The notes under the pieces: model-generated
The model's input: only the letters and a program-made list of their open reading frames with translations
Databases searched by the model: none
What the model was told of the DNA's origin: nothing
From: Hyaloraphidium curvatum SAG 235-1
Lineage: Eukaryota; Fungi; Monoblepharomycota
DNA: 64,000 nt
NCBI GenBank assembly: GCA_025558095.1
Contig: JAIVFI010000046.1
Location: 120,332 to 184,331, forward strand
Direction of reading: 5' to 3'
Made by a program: the position numbers and the translations under genes
In this document: positions 36,988-49,622 of the stretch, piece by piece
How positions within the stretch are numbered: the first letter of the stretch is position 1
Layout of the letters: each line of letters starts with the position of its first letter

Positions 36988-39050
36988 TCAGTACTCGAAC
37001 GACTCCCAGTGCACGTCGAATATCCCGTCCGCGTTGCTGAGCTCCCTCCCCGCGCAGAGGTTCCTGGTCTCGCGGATCATCATCGCCGGCCCGCACACGG
37101 CCACCGCCACGTCCCCCTGCGGGTGAGCCTCCCTCACCCCCTTCATCACCGCGGCCTGCGGTTCCATCGCGAACCGGATCGCCTCGCGCTCGTCCTCCGA
37201 GTATCCCAGCGCAGCGAGGTCCGCTTCGGGCTCGTGGGTGACGAACACCCGGATGTGGAGCCCGTTGCCCAGCTCCGCCGCCCTCCTCGCCAGCCCCATC
37301 ATCCTCCCCAGCTCCCCGCGCAGCCACCCGTACTCGGCCAGCGACTTGGTCCACCACACGAAATACACATCCCGCGCCGCCATCGCCAGCGTCGGCACCG
37401 CGCGGCCGTCGGCCCTGGGCACGCGCAGCGGCATGCACATCCTGTGGCCCATGTCCAGGCCGATGGCGACCATGGGGGTGATCCCGATGCCGCCGCCGAG
37501 GAGCACGCAGGCGGCGTGGTCGCAGAAGTCGACGAGGGAGGCGCCGTAGAACCCGTCGACGGACCAGAGCTGCAGGTCCCGCGGGATCGGGGGGGATGCG
37601 CCGCCGTCGGCTCCCTTGCCGGCGGGGACGGCGAGCTCGAGGTCGGTTTGCGCGGCGCCGGCCTTGGCGGTTCCGCTTGCGGCGGCGTCGAAGAGCGACC
37701 CCGTGAAGCCGCCAAACACCTTGATGGCAAAAGAGACGACCGTGCCGTCCGGGACGGATCCGTCGGGGAGGAGGCACGGTGCCGTGAAGTTGTCCTCGAG
37801 CAGGTGCGCCATCCCGGAGCTTCCGACGAGGTCGGGGGCCGCCATGGCGGTGATTGGGTGGTAGTTTAGGTACGTGGATATACGCGGCACGCTGAGGAAG
37901 GCATCTGGAGCAACGGCGGGAACGTGAACGTCAGCGCCCGATCCCACGGCCCCGCGGAACGATGTACGTACAGTGCCCAGCCTCAAAGTGTCTCGGCTTC
38001 CCGTGTCCGACCTTGAGCGTCACCTTGACCGCCGCGCTCTTGCCCTCGGCCCGGAGGGGCACCAGGTCCAGCACCTCGACGCGCTGCCTGCTCCGCCAGA
38101 ACCGCACCGCCCTGTCGACCAGCCACAGCCCCGCGCCGAGGCCTATGAACCACGCCATGGCGGGCACGTGCAGGCAGCCGAAGATCACGAAGAGAATGAA
38201 GAGGAAGTGCGTGAATTTGAACAGTTGGTAGATCCTGCGGCGCACCGCGGGGAAGCTGAACCCCACGAGCACGAGCAAGGCAGACCAGCCGACGGCGCCG
38301 TAGACGTTGGTCTTGACGGCCATCTGCTGCACCAGGACGCCGAACTGGGAGAAGTAGACGAAGTGCAGGATGGCGTGGAGGGTGATCTGGAGTCCGATCA
38401 GGTAGCCGAACCAGCGGTGGTAGAGCAGGTTGCGCTCGAAGGGCAGGCCGATGAGCGGGGTGAGGATCGAGGTGCGCGTGGCGGCTGCCAATGGGCGGTA
38501 AGGCTACACGGTAAGGCGGATCCGGACGCCGAGGCCCACTGATCATGATGAAGAAGGCGTTCCCCAGGCCGACCCAGCCGATGCGGTTGGCCACCGCCGC
38601 AAGGTCCCACGCCGAATCGCCGTCCTCGGGCCATTCCACGGGCAGGACCATGAGCAGCGCGTTGAGGACCAGCAGCGCCACGAGCTGGACCAGCTCGATG
38701 GTGCCGAACGAGGTGCCGAAATCCGAGGGCGGAGGCATGGGGGCGTGGTCCATGCGCAGGCGGTGGTACTTCAGGAACAGCTCCGGGTGCTGGGCCGTGC
38801 AGCAAAAAGGGAGCACGGGTCAAGCACCGGATTTGCTGTTCGGGAACGCGCATAGCACCTTGGGGGCCGTGCTCGCCGCCGCGTCGGCGGTGGCGGCGGC
38901 CAGGTGGTTCTTCTTGCGCTCGAGGCGCCACACGTCGCGCAGCCGCTCGATCAGCGACTGCACGGCCAGCACGCCGGTCAGCACGAGCACGTAGACCGCG
39001 CCGTTGGCCAGGGCCGGGCTGTCGGCGAGGCTGCTGAAGTTGGAGGCCAT
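36988..39050 (-). CDS. Ferric reductase / NADPH-oxidase-like transmembrane flavocytochrome (FRE family)
   Basis: Heme His pairs YHRWFG...LHAILH and FTHFL...CLHV; FAD motif YHPIT; VDGFYG; NADPH motif GGGIGITP; VCGP; terminal HWESFEY. Confidence 0.9.
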
Positions 39051-39255
39051 GCCGCGGCGGGGATGCACGGGGCGCGCCGGGCGGGCGGGGAACGCGTCCA
39101 CACGGTGGCACGCGGGTCTCCGGTGGCGCGCGACCGGCGACGGATGGAGAAAGGCGGTGGGGGATCGGCAATGCGGAGCTTCGCTTCGGCGCCTCGCTTC
39201 GGCGACGGCCGCCGCCCGCAGGACCCCACGTGCCTTCCCCGCGGACCGCTCCGAA

Positions 39256-40155
39256 ATGCCGCGGCTCTGTGCGGTTCCCGCCCTGCTTGCGCTGCTCTCC
39301 GCCGTCGTCGCGCCGGCATCCTGCTTCCGCACGAACGCCGGCGGCATCTGCGATGCCTCCCCCGCCTCCCTCGAGCGCATGGTGTCGACGCGCCACGGCC
39401 CCGGCTCCGGGCTGCAGGGCGCCTTCGTCCTCTCCGCCTACTCACCCACGGGGGCCGAGGTCACGGTCGCGCTCGGTGGGGTTCCCTACCGCGGCCTGGT
39501 GCTCGCGGCGAGGGATGCGGGCGGGGCACGCGTGGGGGCTTTCGCGGGGTATCCGGGCTACCTGGAGCCGCAGGAGCGGTGCGAGGGGGCGCCGGGGTCG
39601 GTATTGCAGCACAACGTGGGACCGTCCGGGAACCAGGAGCGTCCTCGTGTGGCCGCCTGATCCCCTTTCGGCCCGCAGAACCCCGACCTGAAGAGCCCCT
39701 CGCTGACCGTCACCTGGCGCGGATCGGGAATCCAGCCAAACACGACAATCACCTTCGAGGTGGGCGGCTGCCGCGCCGTCTGGACAGAACTCTGACCGAC
39801 CACCCTCCTTTCCCCTCCCAACCTCGATCAACCGCAGGCCATCGTCGTCGTCACCACCCGGGACTGGTACGTCCCCCTCCCCGTCTCCATCCCCTACGGC
39901 ACCGCCACGACGCCCCCCACCCAACTCCCCCCGCGCCCGACCGTCACCCCCCCGCCGGAACCGGACCCCCCCGCGCGCTCGTTCGTGAACTTTGCCAAAT
40001 CCCCCTGGTTCTTCCTGATGATCTGGGGCGTGTTCGGGGTGCTGCTCCTGCTGGCGGCGGCGACGAGGGCGCAGGAGGCCAGGCTGGAGAGGGACAGCCT
40101 GAGGCAGGCGGTGGAGGTGCTGTGGGTCAAGCAGCAGGCGGGGAAGGTGCAGTGA
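39256..40155 (+). CDS. Reeler-domain membrane protein
   Basis: Signal peptide; C...M...HG; YRGLVLAARDAGGARVGAF; C....LQHN; LTVTW; Pro-rich stalk; TM WFFLMIWGVFGVLLLLAAA. Confidence 0.7.
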
Positions 40156-40693
40156 GGCCGGTGTCGGGTGCCTCCATCGAAGATTTATCGGTCGCGACCT
40201 GCGTTCGTTCCGGCGGTCCCTTTTTCCTTCGAGATGCTCGTGGGCGGGCTTGCGGGGGCTTCGCCGCCGCCAGCCGAGGCGTTTGTGCCGCTTTTCCTCC
40301 TCCGCACGACGAGCTGCGGGTTCCGGGGCGGCGGATCTTCTGTTCCGGCTGTTACGCCGTTCTAATTTCCGGACGCTTCGCCACGGTCCGCTTTCGCAAA
40401 CTGGCATTGCAGACGTTGCGGCAAGTTGATTTGGCCGCGAGATACACCACACCGAGCCAGGGCTTGGGCCGGCCGCAGGGCCACGAGCGTTGGCTCCATA
40501 TATTTTCCACCCTCACGGATGCTTTAGTGCCCGCTCTATGCATCTGCGAGCTGGCCGGCGGGCCGGGCGGGAGGGACCTTATGGCTGGTGGGGCGGGCTC
40601 CGCCCCGCGGCCGTGCGTTTGAGTGCGCTGGACCCGGTCATCACCCGCGAGCTACCCGCAGCACATCGAACCTGCCCGCGACCGCCGATCGCG

Positions 40694-42176
40694 ATGCGGG
40701 CTTCTGCGGTGTTTTTCGCCGCGGCGGCGCTCCTCCTGGCGTTGCGGGCGCCGGCCGCCGCGACGGTGCCGGCCTTCCGCGCCGCGCCGCTGTGCTGCCG
40801 CGGCTGCGTCTACGCGGCGCCGTGCTGCTGCGGGCACCGCCGCACCGTGCTGCGAACGCGCACAAAGACCGTCGTGCGGACGCGCACGGTGACGGCGACG
40901 CGGCGGGCCGCGCGGGCCGCCGCCGATGCGCCGTCGGCAGCCGATCCGCCGGCCGACGATCGCGCCATCGGCGACGGGAAGGGCTCCGATGGGCGGGGAA
41001 CCTTTGACGTCGAGTTCCCCGCCGCCGGCAGCCTGTTTGCCCGCAACCTGTGCCCCGCGTGCCCCGCCGGCGTCGTCCCGCGGCAGAACGCCCCCGGCAA
41101 CGCCGCCTTCTGCTGCCCCGGGCCCGTCCTCCGCCTCCGCACCGTCACCCGCACCCGCACCGCCACGCGGACCGTGCTCAGACAGGTCCCCGGCCGGCCC
41201 GCGACCACCGCCGCCCCGGTGTGTCGATCTACGTGTGCTCCCGCCGTCATTCGGCCGTGCTGATCCTCACCCCCTCCCGACGTCTCAATGTCACCGTCAG
41301 CGGCCGCCTCTTCCGGGACCTCGACGGCTCCGGCACCTTCTCCCAACCCCCCGACCTCCCCTCCCCCTCCGTCCCCCTCTCCGTCGTCACCCTCGCCCGC
41401 GCCGCCGGCGCCGCGGGGGACTACTCCACCGGCCCCGACGGCCGCTTCGTCATCAGCTTCCGGCTGCCGGGGGAGGGCACGAGGATGGCGATCGCGGGGC
41501 CGAACGGGACGCTGGGGACGTTCGTGATCCAGGGGCGCAGGCCCGTGCCGTCGACGTTCGAGCTGGCGCAGCGGGCGGGGGAGACGACGGCGGCGGCGGG
41601 CGGCACGACGACTGTCGCCCTGGGCGGTGTGACGTCGGTTGCGGCATCCAGCCAGAGCTTGACCGCAACGACCAGCGAGACGCAGAGTTTGACTGCGACG
41701 ACCATCGAAAGCCAGAGCTTGACCGCAGCGACCAGCGAGTCGCAGAGCTTGACTGCAACGACTTCGGAGTCGCAGAGCCTGACGGCGACGACCAGCGAAT
41801 CTGCTTCCGCAACGGCAACGACCTCCGAGTCCCTCATCTCGTCGACCTCTGTCACCGTTTCGCTCACGACGGAAACGCAGGTTCGTACAGTCCTTCCTTG
41901 CCGTTTGGAGAAAGGGTGCTGAGCAGAAAGGATGCCCGCAGACCACCGAGACCGCCACTTCGAGCACGACCTCCGAGTCCTCCACGCCATCGACGGTACG
42001 TTGCACGTTGCCCGGCTGCGAGCCCGTGGCAGCGCTGATGCTTTCGGGGCCCCAGACGTCCGAGTCGGCAACGCCGAGCTCGACGTCGGAGACGCTCACC
42101 ACGGAAACGCCGAGCTCCACCTCGGAAGACTCTCTCCACCACGTCGAAGACGCTCTCCAGCACGGACGCCGGTTAA
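40694..42176 (+). CDS. Secreted Cys-rich / Ser-Thr mucin-like surface protein with an SdrD-B-like segment (3' end disturbed)
   Basis: Signal MRASAVFFAAAALLLAL; Cys motifs CCRGC...CCC and CPAC...CCP; SGRLFRDLDGSGTFS; Thr/Ser repeats. It ends abruptly near TAA at 42174-42176. Confidence 0.65.
41650..41799 (+). repeat. Coding minisatellite, 5 x 30 bp (SQSLTATTSE)
   Basis: Five consecutive units such as agccagagcttgaccgcaacgaccagcgag. Confidence 0.9.
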
Positions 42177-45100
42177 TGAGGAGGGGAAGGTGGTCGTCCT
42201 GCCCGCGGAAGTGGGCGAGGGTGCCGGCCGCGGCCGACACCCAGCTACGCTCCCTCAAGGCGGCGTCCTGCATCGCGGGGAGGGGGTAGACGCCGCGCAG
42301 GCGCGCGATCGCGTTGTCGATAGTCGCGCGCCAAGTCAATGCGGATGCGGGGGCGGGCGTGGGCGCGCCAGCGGGAGGTGGCACGGGTGCCGGCAGCGAC
42401 GGGGAGGGCGACGCCGTCGACGGGATCGTGGCCGCGGAGGCAGGTGCAGGTGCAGCGGGGGCATGCGCAAGGGCGGGGCCAGCAGCGGGTGTAGCAGTGG
42501 GCCCCGCTATAGGGTCACGCGGCTTGGGCCTGGGAGGTTCCAGCAAGCGCTGACGGATGGCCGACTCGTCCAGGTAGAGACGCACGAGGTCGGCAAGCCG
42601 GAGCCGGGCTGCCTCGACGAGCTGCGGCTCCAATGCTGCGTGGGCCCAGAGGCCCTTCCACATGTCGGGGTCGTCGAGCTTGTCGGCACCATCGCGGGCG
42701 ACCAGAGCGGCGAACGCGAGGTGGAACACGGATCCCTTATCCTCGCAGAAGCGCCCGATCCGCCTCGAGCGCCCGAACGCGGTCGCGAAGCGCTCCTTCT
42801 CGTCGCACGCCCTTTTCCGCCCGGCGCTTGCACCGTCAGCAAAGGTGCCCGTGCCTGCAATAGGGTGGCGCCATCAGCTCGACCGGAACCGCGACCACGG
42901 CGTTGTCAGTCTCCCACAGGCATTCATCTCCGGACTCCACAGCCCCACCGCCTTCAGGTAGCGGTAGATGACGTCCGCCACCCCCATGCGGTTCGTGATC
43001 TTCTCCTTGCCCTTGAGGGCATTCTGCAGCTCTGCCATCCCCTTGCGGGTGAGGGCCCCGTCTTGTTTGGCCTGGTAGGCCTGCTCCCAGGTGTGGAAGC
43101 CCCGCGTGAATCCGAGGAAGATGTCGCTCTCGATCATGCCCGTCAATCCCGACGCCACGACCAGGCGCGGGATTAGCGCGAGTAGATGGTTCCGCGCCGC
43201 AATGCTCTCGGCGCGAACCGCAGCGAGCAGCGCCTCGGCCTCCCCCTTGGCCATCTTGAAAAGCGGGGAGCCGGAGGACCGCAAGGTCGGGCCGCCGGGC
43301 GCGGAGCCTTCCGAGGAGGCATCGTCGTCCAAATCCATGGCGTCCTCGTCGACATCCATGGGGTCGAACTCGCACTCCTCGTCGCTGCGTTCGCTCTCCG
43401 AGTCCGCGCGGTCGGCGGCGTTGCTTTCAGGGCCCAAGCCCGGCGGCCACTCGATGTCCTCCTCGTACTCGCCGTCGTCCTCGTCCGCGGGGCGCGCGCG
43501 GCTCCCCTCCAGCTCGGCAGCGGGGATCAGGGGCGCGTCGGGGGCGCCAGGCCACGCCTTGATCCGCAGCTCCACCGCGTCGAAGACGTCCGTCTCCGTG
43601 CTGCGGAGCGACCAAGCTGCCGCCCATTCATCCTTCAGGCGGCTCTCCACGGCATTTAAAAGAGCCGAAAGGAACGCGCGCCCGGCTGCGGCCCAGGCGG
43701 GGTCGCGGAGCAGCGCATCCGTCGGGGGAGGGACGCGCGTGGCGGCGGGGCCGGGAGCCTTGGGCCGCCGGGGCCTGCCGTGGCTGGGTTTCGGCGGAGC
43801 GGGGTTGGTGCCGTCGCTCTGTGCCGCCTTGCGCTGCTTCTTCGCCCTTTCGGACTTTCGGTGAGGGTGGTCGGCGGGGGAGGGGTGGGGGAGCTTGTCG
43901 GCTGCGGTCTGGCTGACGGTGAGTCCCCAACCCGACCCTCAAAACGACTCAAGCCCACCTGCAGCTTCCGCTTGGTCGGCACCGTGCCGCCGCCACCGCC
44001 ACCATCCCCCTCGCCGTTGGCTCCCTCGCCACCCTCCCCGCCGGCGTCCTCGCCCTCCGCGCCGTCCGCGGCCGGCCCGGAAGCGGCACGGCGAGCGGCG
44101 TCCTGCTCTGCGCGGCGGGCCTCCACCTCGTCCTCGAACGCCTTCTCCGCGGCCCTGACGGCGGCTGTAAGAGAGTGGATGGAGGCGTCCGACTCGGAGA
44201 CGAAGTCCGCGTTGTGCAGGAGGGCGAACTTGACGATGTCGGCGTCGCCGACCTTCTTGAGCTCGAAACGCTTCAGCGCCTGCGTCCCCGTGAAAGTCAC
44301 GCGGAACAGGTCGAGCAGCCGCTGGAGCCGCCTGTCGGCGCGCTCGACCTTGATCTCGCCGTTCTCCGTGTAGACCATCCCCGTGTCGGACGTGGTCTTG
44401 GGCGGGGGCTGGCCGATGCCCTCGGCCTCGACCGCCTCGGTGGACGCGGCCTCGTACTCGTCGCGGCCGGCTGCCAGGTCGACGTCAGCGCGCGGAGGAC
44501 GACGATTTCGCGGGATAGCTCACCGTTCTTGAACGCCGCCTCGTGCTTCTTCTTGGCCTTCTCGGCCACCTCCACAGTTGTCACCCGATCAACGTTCGCG
44601 TACGTCACGCGATGCACGCGCACGAAGGCGTCCTTGGGTCGGCGTACGCTGCCCGTCGCGTAGACCACCTCTGGCGGCTGCCTGATGAGGGGGATGTCTG
44701 GCCGGAGCGCGGGGAGGGTGGGCTGCGCCGCCGCCAGGCTGTCGGGGGCTGCAGATGCCAGAGCAGGATCGGGCGTCTCCGCGTGCTCAACTGCATGCCC
44801 GGGCGCGGGTCCGAGGGCTGAGGCGGCGTCCTGCTCCTCGGCGGGAGTGGGCGTGGGATCGGGTGAGGGCAGAGGCAGCGGGGTCTCGCCGGTCGTCGCC
44901 GTCGCGTGCGTTGCCGGGATCCCGGCCCCGGCGGCGGAACCGGCATCGTCCTCCGCAGCCGGATCGATGTCCTCGGGGTCTTCCGGGTCCTCGGTAAGCG
45001 GGGGGTTCGCAGGGATGGGCTGGTCCCAGGGCATGAGCTTGCCCATCTTGGCGAGCGTCCAAAGCAGCTTGGGGATGCATCCGTCGGTCATACGATTGAC

Positions 45101-46171
45101 CCTTCTTCCGAGCGAGCGAGAACTCACCGGGGGGTTGCTCGGGCCATCTGAACTCGCACCAAACTGGGCGGATGCCGCCGCCAACAGCGCCGCCAACGCT
45201 GCACCATGCATCCAGCCGACACCCGCAGTAGCCTGCTGCGAGTCCGTGGCGGCCGTGGGCAGGGGGAAGAGGGCGAGGAGAGCCAGCAACATTGCGAGGA
45301 GAGGCATGGGGGCTACGGCGCTGCGGCGGGGGAGTCGTGGCGTCGGCCCCCGAGGCCGGTCCACGGGCGGCGTGTGAGCCAGGGCTTTCACGACGCACAG
45401 GCGCAACCTTTGGGCCGCTGATGCCCGAGCCCGCGACAGCCATTCCACCACAGCCGCGGCAATACGCCACAGCACGGGCGCCCGGATCTTGGTTGTCGCG
45501 AGACGCGGCGCTCCGCCGGCTTTCACCCGTACCGTCGGCGTCAACGGGCTGCAACGCGGACGGCAGCGCGGGCGGGGGGTCATGCGCCGACGAGGCGAGC
45601 GGCGGCGGCGGCCCAGCAACGGTCCACTGGCACGGCGCCGCGCGAGGCGGACGAGCCCGGCGGCAGACAGAGGTGACAGGATACATGAGACTGCAAGGAA
45701 TGCAAGCGCCGCGGAGGCGAGCAACGGGGTGCAGACGATCGTGGGGAAAAGCGCGGCGGCGGCGAGGGGGATCACAACTCGCAGGGCGGCGATGAAGGCG
45801 AGCGCCGCGACCGTACGGGGCCAAAAGAAGAGTATGTCGATATGTGCGCCGAGGAGGGTGGTGTCCGTCGGCCGGAAAAGAGGCGAAGTGTCTGCGGAGG
45901 TAACGAACGGGGTCGCGGAGAAACACGGGTCCGGGACCCGCGCGATGCCAATCCCGGTCGCTTCGAAGCACGCCAGCGCGACGGAAGCACCGTAACCGGC
46001 GCAGTCGGGATGCGCGATACCAGGCCGCGCCCGGGCGGTCTGCCATGGTTGGATTGCCTGGATCAGCCGATGGTCGAAGACTACGGCCACGAGGAGGACG
46101 AAGAACGGCGAGACGGCCGCGACGAAGAGGCGGGCCAATCGCCGACGATCTCCAGGGGTCGCCGAGCCCAT
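42177..46171 (-). CDS. Large orphan multi-exon gene, apparently 3'-truncated; possibly mobile-element cargo
   Basis: Protein-like ORFs 44297-46171, 43656-44378, 42874-43650 and up to 42729 are linked by intron-like gaps. The last frame runs with no stop into the antisense of the mucin-like gene at ~42175. Confidence 0.5.
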
Positions 46172-46228
46172 GGCGGTTCGGTTGGGGCGGTGGTTGGTGG
46201 TGCCTGAAGATCAGGGTCTAGAGGTGGG

Positions 46229-46289
46229 GCCCCCGGGGGCGCGGTCCTTTTGAGCCGTCCACGGGGGTCGGTCCTTTTGAGCCGTCCAC
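46229..46289. repeat. 12-bp palindrome plus 2 x 21-bp direct repeat
   Basis: gcccccgggggc at 46229-46240; cggtccttttgagccgtccac at 46242-46262 and 46269-46289. Confidence 0.85.
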
Positions 46290-47999
46290 CTTTTCGCCAC
46301 CACAACCTCCACCTCTCAACCCACTGTCCGGCGCTCGATCGGGGACCATGCTCGCCGTGCTGCCACCATGGTTTTGCAGTCTACCGCTTCCCGACCCATT
46401 CCGCCTATCTACCGCCGGGCGCTCGGCGTCCCGCGCGCTGTCTCACATACCACGCCGCAGAGCCGCAGATCCTGGCGGCGGCCCGTATCCCGATGCAGGT
46501 TTCTGCCTGAGGGCCGCCGCCCCGGCCGGGTGCAGTCTCGGGCCACCGCAGCGTTCCGCGCCCGAGCCGACCGTGGTGATCTCCGAGGTCACCCCCCTCG
46601 CGGCCCAAATCACAGCTCGCAGCAGCGCATCCGCGTTCATATCCAATATCCCGACGCCGCTTCGTGTCCGAATTACTAGGACGGGTCCGATGGGCCGCTA
46701 CATACGGTGCTTTTCTGGGCGGTTTGGGCCCCCGCGACTCAGCATGTCGCGGCACGTCGCACGGCCCCATCCACGCCACGCACCCGAGCTCCCGGCTTAA
46801 TATCCCGAAGATCCACCACCGTCCAGCTCGCAGAGCACGCGGTTGGCCCGCAGCGGCCTCTTACCGGGGCCCCACCAACCCCGCCCCGGAGCGGCGATTT
46901 TTGTTTTTGATTACCTGGAGATTGAAAAATCTATTAAGGAAAATAATGTTTACTGACCCGAATCCGGAGCCCGTTTCCACGCCATTTTGCGCGATTCTGG
47001 CCCATTCCCGGCTCTCCTGGCGCGTCTCGAGACCTCCCGATTGCCTCCCTGGTGCTCGATGTGGAGTTCTGCGGCGCCGGGGTCCAGGACATGGTGCTCT
47101 TCCCGGACCTTGCGCGGAGTCGCCTCGCGGGCTGCAGTCCTCCTGGAAACACGGTTATCCGATGATTTTATCTTTTCTATGGAGCAGTTGGCCAGTGGAA
47201 CCTGAAGCAACGCGTTTCCGGACTCTTGGGGCACGGAAAACCATGCACATCTCCTCGCTGTGACGCGACGCGGGTGCCTTCGAGCACCGCGCGCCGAGAG
47301 CACTTTTGGGAACCTTTAGAAACCTCAGGCACGGGCGGAATGGGCCGCGTCGCTCGTGTGCTGCAGGATTTGGCCGGCTCGAAGTTTGTCGCGCTCGCCC
47401 TTCGAATGTGCTCATTTCTTGGCTCTTCGCTCCGTCGGATGTTCGTTGGAGGGAGCTCTTTCAGCGTGTCACGTGGATCTTATGGCGGGCTCGCTGCTCA
47501 CGGACTGTCGACGCTCGAGACGCGCTGCGCGCCGTTGGCGCGATCTACCTGTTGGAATCAAGCGCAACGGGTTCTTTGGTGAAGAGAGCAAATGTCGTTT
47601 TTGATTGCTCTTGTTTGGGGCTTCACGCGAGGGACGCTTGGTCCCCTGGTCACCTCAGATGTGGCCAACTTTTCGCCCACACTTCAGAACCCCTCCCGAG
47701 AAGCGGCTGGTTGCCGAAGATGGAGAACACAACATGCAGGATTGCCGATGCCATGTCGACGAGCAGCTCCGTGGCCGATGGTGACCTGTCTGCCTCCTCG
47801 TGTACGTTTCCGGCAAGACCATCTAGATTTCGCGGGCTTGGCATCAAAGACGGAATCAAATGAATGGAAATGACTGCTTGAAACACAGATAAGGATGCAG
47901 TAATGTCGAGGAAAGGATTACAAGAGGATATGGTCTATCTTGGCATCTGCCCCGTCCTCCGCGCCTCCCCACCCCTGGCACAGATCGTGAACGCCCCGT

Positions 48000-49053
48000 T
48001 CACGTTTCCAGTCTTGCCATTTGCTCCGCAACCGCCGCTTCGAAGCTACCGCCGTCCCTGGAGGAGAAGAACTTGATCGACTTGATCGTCGCCTTGACCA
48101 AGTTCCCGTTGGTTCTCAGCTTTCCTGGGTTCCGATGATTGACGTTCACGGAGTGCTTGGAAAGCAGATCCGCGTACTCCCGCGGCTCCCGTTTCTGGCC
48201 TTTCCGAAGAGCTGACAGGTGGAAGGCGGCAAGCAAGAGGAACTGCTCTCTCTCAGCCGGATGGTCCACGATATTCAACGGTGAAGCTTTCCCGTTCGAA
48301 CGGGCGCGTCCGACGAGGTCACTGGAGCTGAACGAAAGGCGTCGCGTGCCGTCAGGCATGGTCGCCTCGAACTGCGTCCCGAACGGGGAGTGGAGCGAGA
48401 CACCGATGCCGCGGCGCACTCGCTGAGCAACGGATGTCTTGGTCCGTTCGCGAACCTAAAATGAACAATGATTAGAGGTGCTACGCCTTCAAAAGACGGG
48501 GAAAGCTCGCCTGTTCGCGCTCAAACTGTGCCATGAGCGAGTTCATTGCGAGTGACAGCCACGAAGTAGCCGACGGCGCCGAGCCGCTCCAGAAGAAGGT
48601 CAGCTCGGGCTGGTTGACGCAAACGAAGGATTTTCGGGCCTGGGTGAGCTCCTGAATGTAGCTGTGGGTCGCAACCATGTCGCGAGACAACCGGTCCAGC
48701 CGGACGACGACCAGGCCGGCGTAGTCGTTCGAGGCGAGCAAGGAGACGAATGCAGCATGCAATTCCTTCCGTTCGAACGCCCCAGGCCCCTTGGGCAGTG
48801 CCCCGCTGGCCAGTTCTTCGTGCACCGCGACGACAATGTCCCCGCGCGCGGTTGCCCAGTCCCGGATGATCCCGATCTGATCCACGAGCGACAGATTGTC
48901 GCTCCCGTCGTCCAGCGACTTTCTGACGTAGGCAATCCAGCGCAGGCCTCGCCCAGATCCGAGCTGGGCCGCCGAGGCATAGGTTCCGAACTTTCCAACG
49001 AGCGAAACGAGGTGGGACACGTCCAGCGCGCTGGAAGCATGCTGGGGCTCCAT
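48000..49053 (-). CDS. Serine recombinase (resolvase catalytic domain + recombinase-domain-like extension), two exons
   Basis: IAYVRKS (YxRxS, Ser codon 48916-48918), SLVDQ, EELASG, ERKEL, VVVRLDRLSRD, MAQFEREQ|VRERT, G...SPFG. A 55-nt GC-AG intron at 48456-48510 joins ORFs 48481-49071 and 48000-48419 in frame, giving ~332 aa. Confidence 0.88.
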
Positions 49054-49622
49054 CTCCGCCCAGAAGGACAATCAGCGGCCCGCAATGAAGCAGGAGAGGG
49101 CCAAATGCAAGCTCGATCGGGATGAGGAGGCGGTGGCGGGTCGGTTTCGGTCCCTGAAGCGCGACAGACGTTCCGCCGAGAGACAGGGGTACCAGAGCGT
49201 CACACACACGAACTGAGCCCGCAACCGGCTTGAACATGAGCGCGAGCGACCATAGACGGGCCGGAAAGTGAGGAGGAAGGGGTTCAAAGACGTCAGACAA
49301 GGGTGTCGAAAAGGAGCTTCGCGGCACCTACATCGCGAGGCCCCCAAGCACTGTACAGCCGTTGGCTGCCCCAACGGAGGCACCGAGGATCTTTTTCCGG
49401 TCCAGATAGGAGCGAGAATGGGGGAGAACACGGCCGTTGGTCAGGATTCGTGCCACGAAACGGCGGAGCACGAACCGAGGGGGAAGGAATGTTCCGATGC
49501 GCCGCCGTCCAGAGGCAGTAGGAAGCAGACGACAAGGCCGCTGGACGTCCGGCTTGGTGCTCTCTCGTGGCAACCGGTCGGGTCTCCAGCCATCGCTATC
49601 GGAAACCGAGCGGAGTTCGGGG

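Noticed and set aside
46242-46289. CRISPR-like repeat
   Set aside because: Only two copies with a 6-nt spacer, in a eukaryotic context with no cas genes.
48291-48304. 14-bp palindrome cccgttcgaacggg (related 10-mers near 48446 and 48770)
   Set aside because: It lies inside the recombinase coding sequence with no spacer and is plausibly chance.
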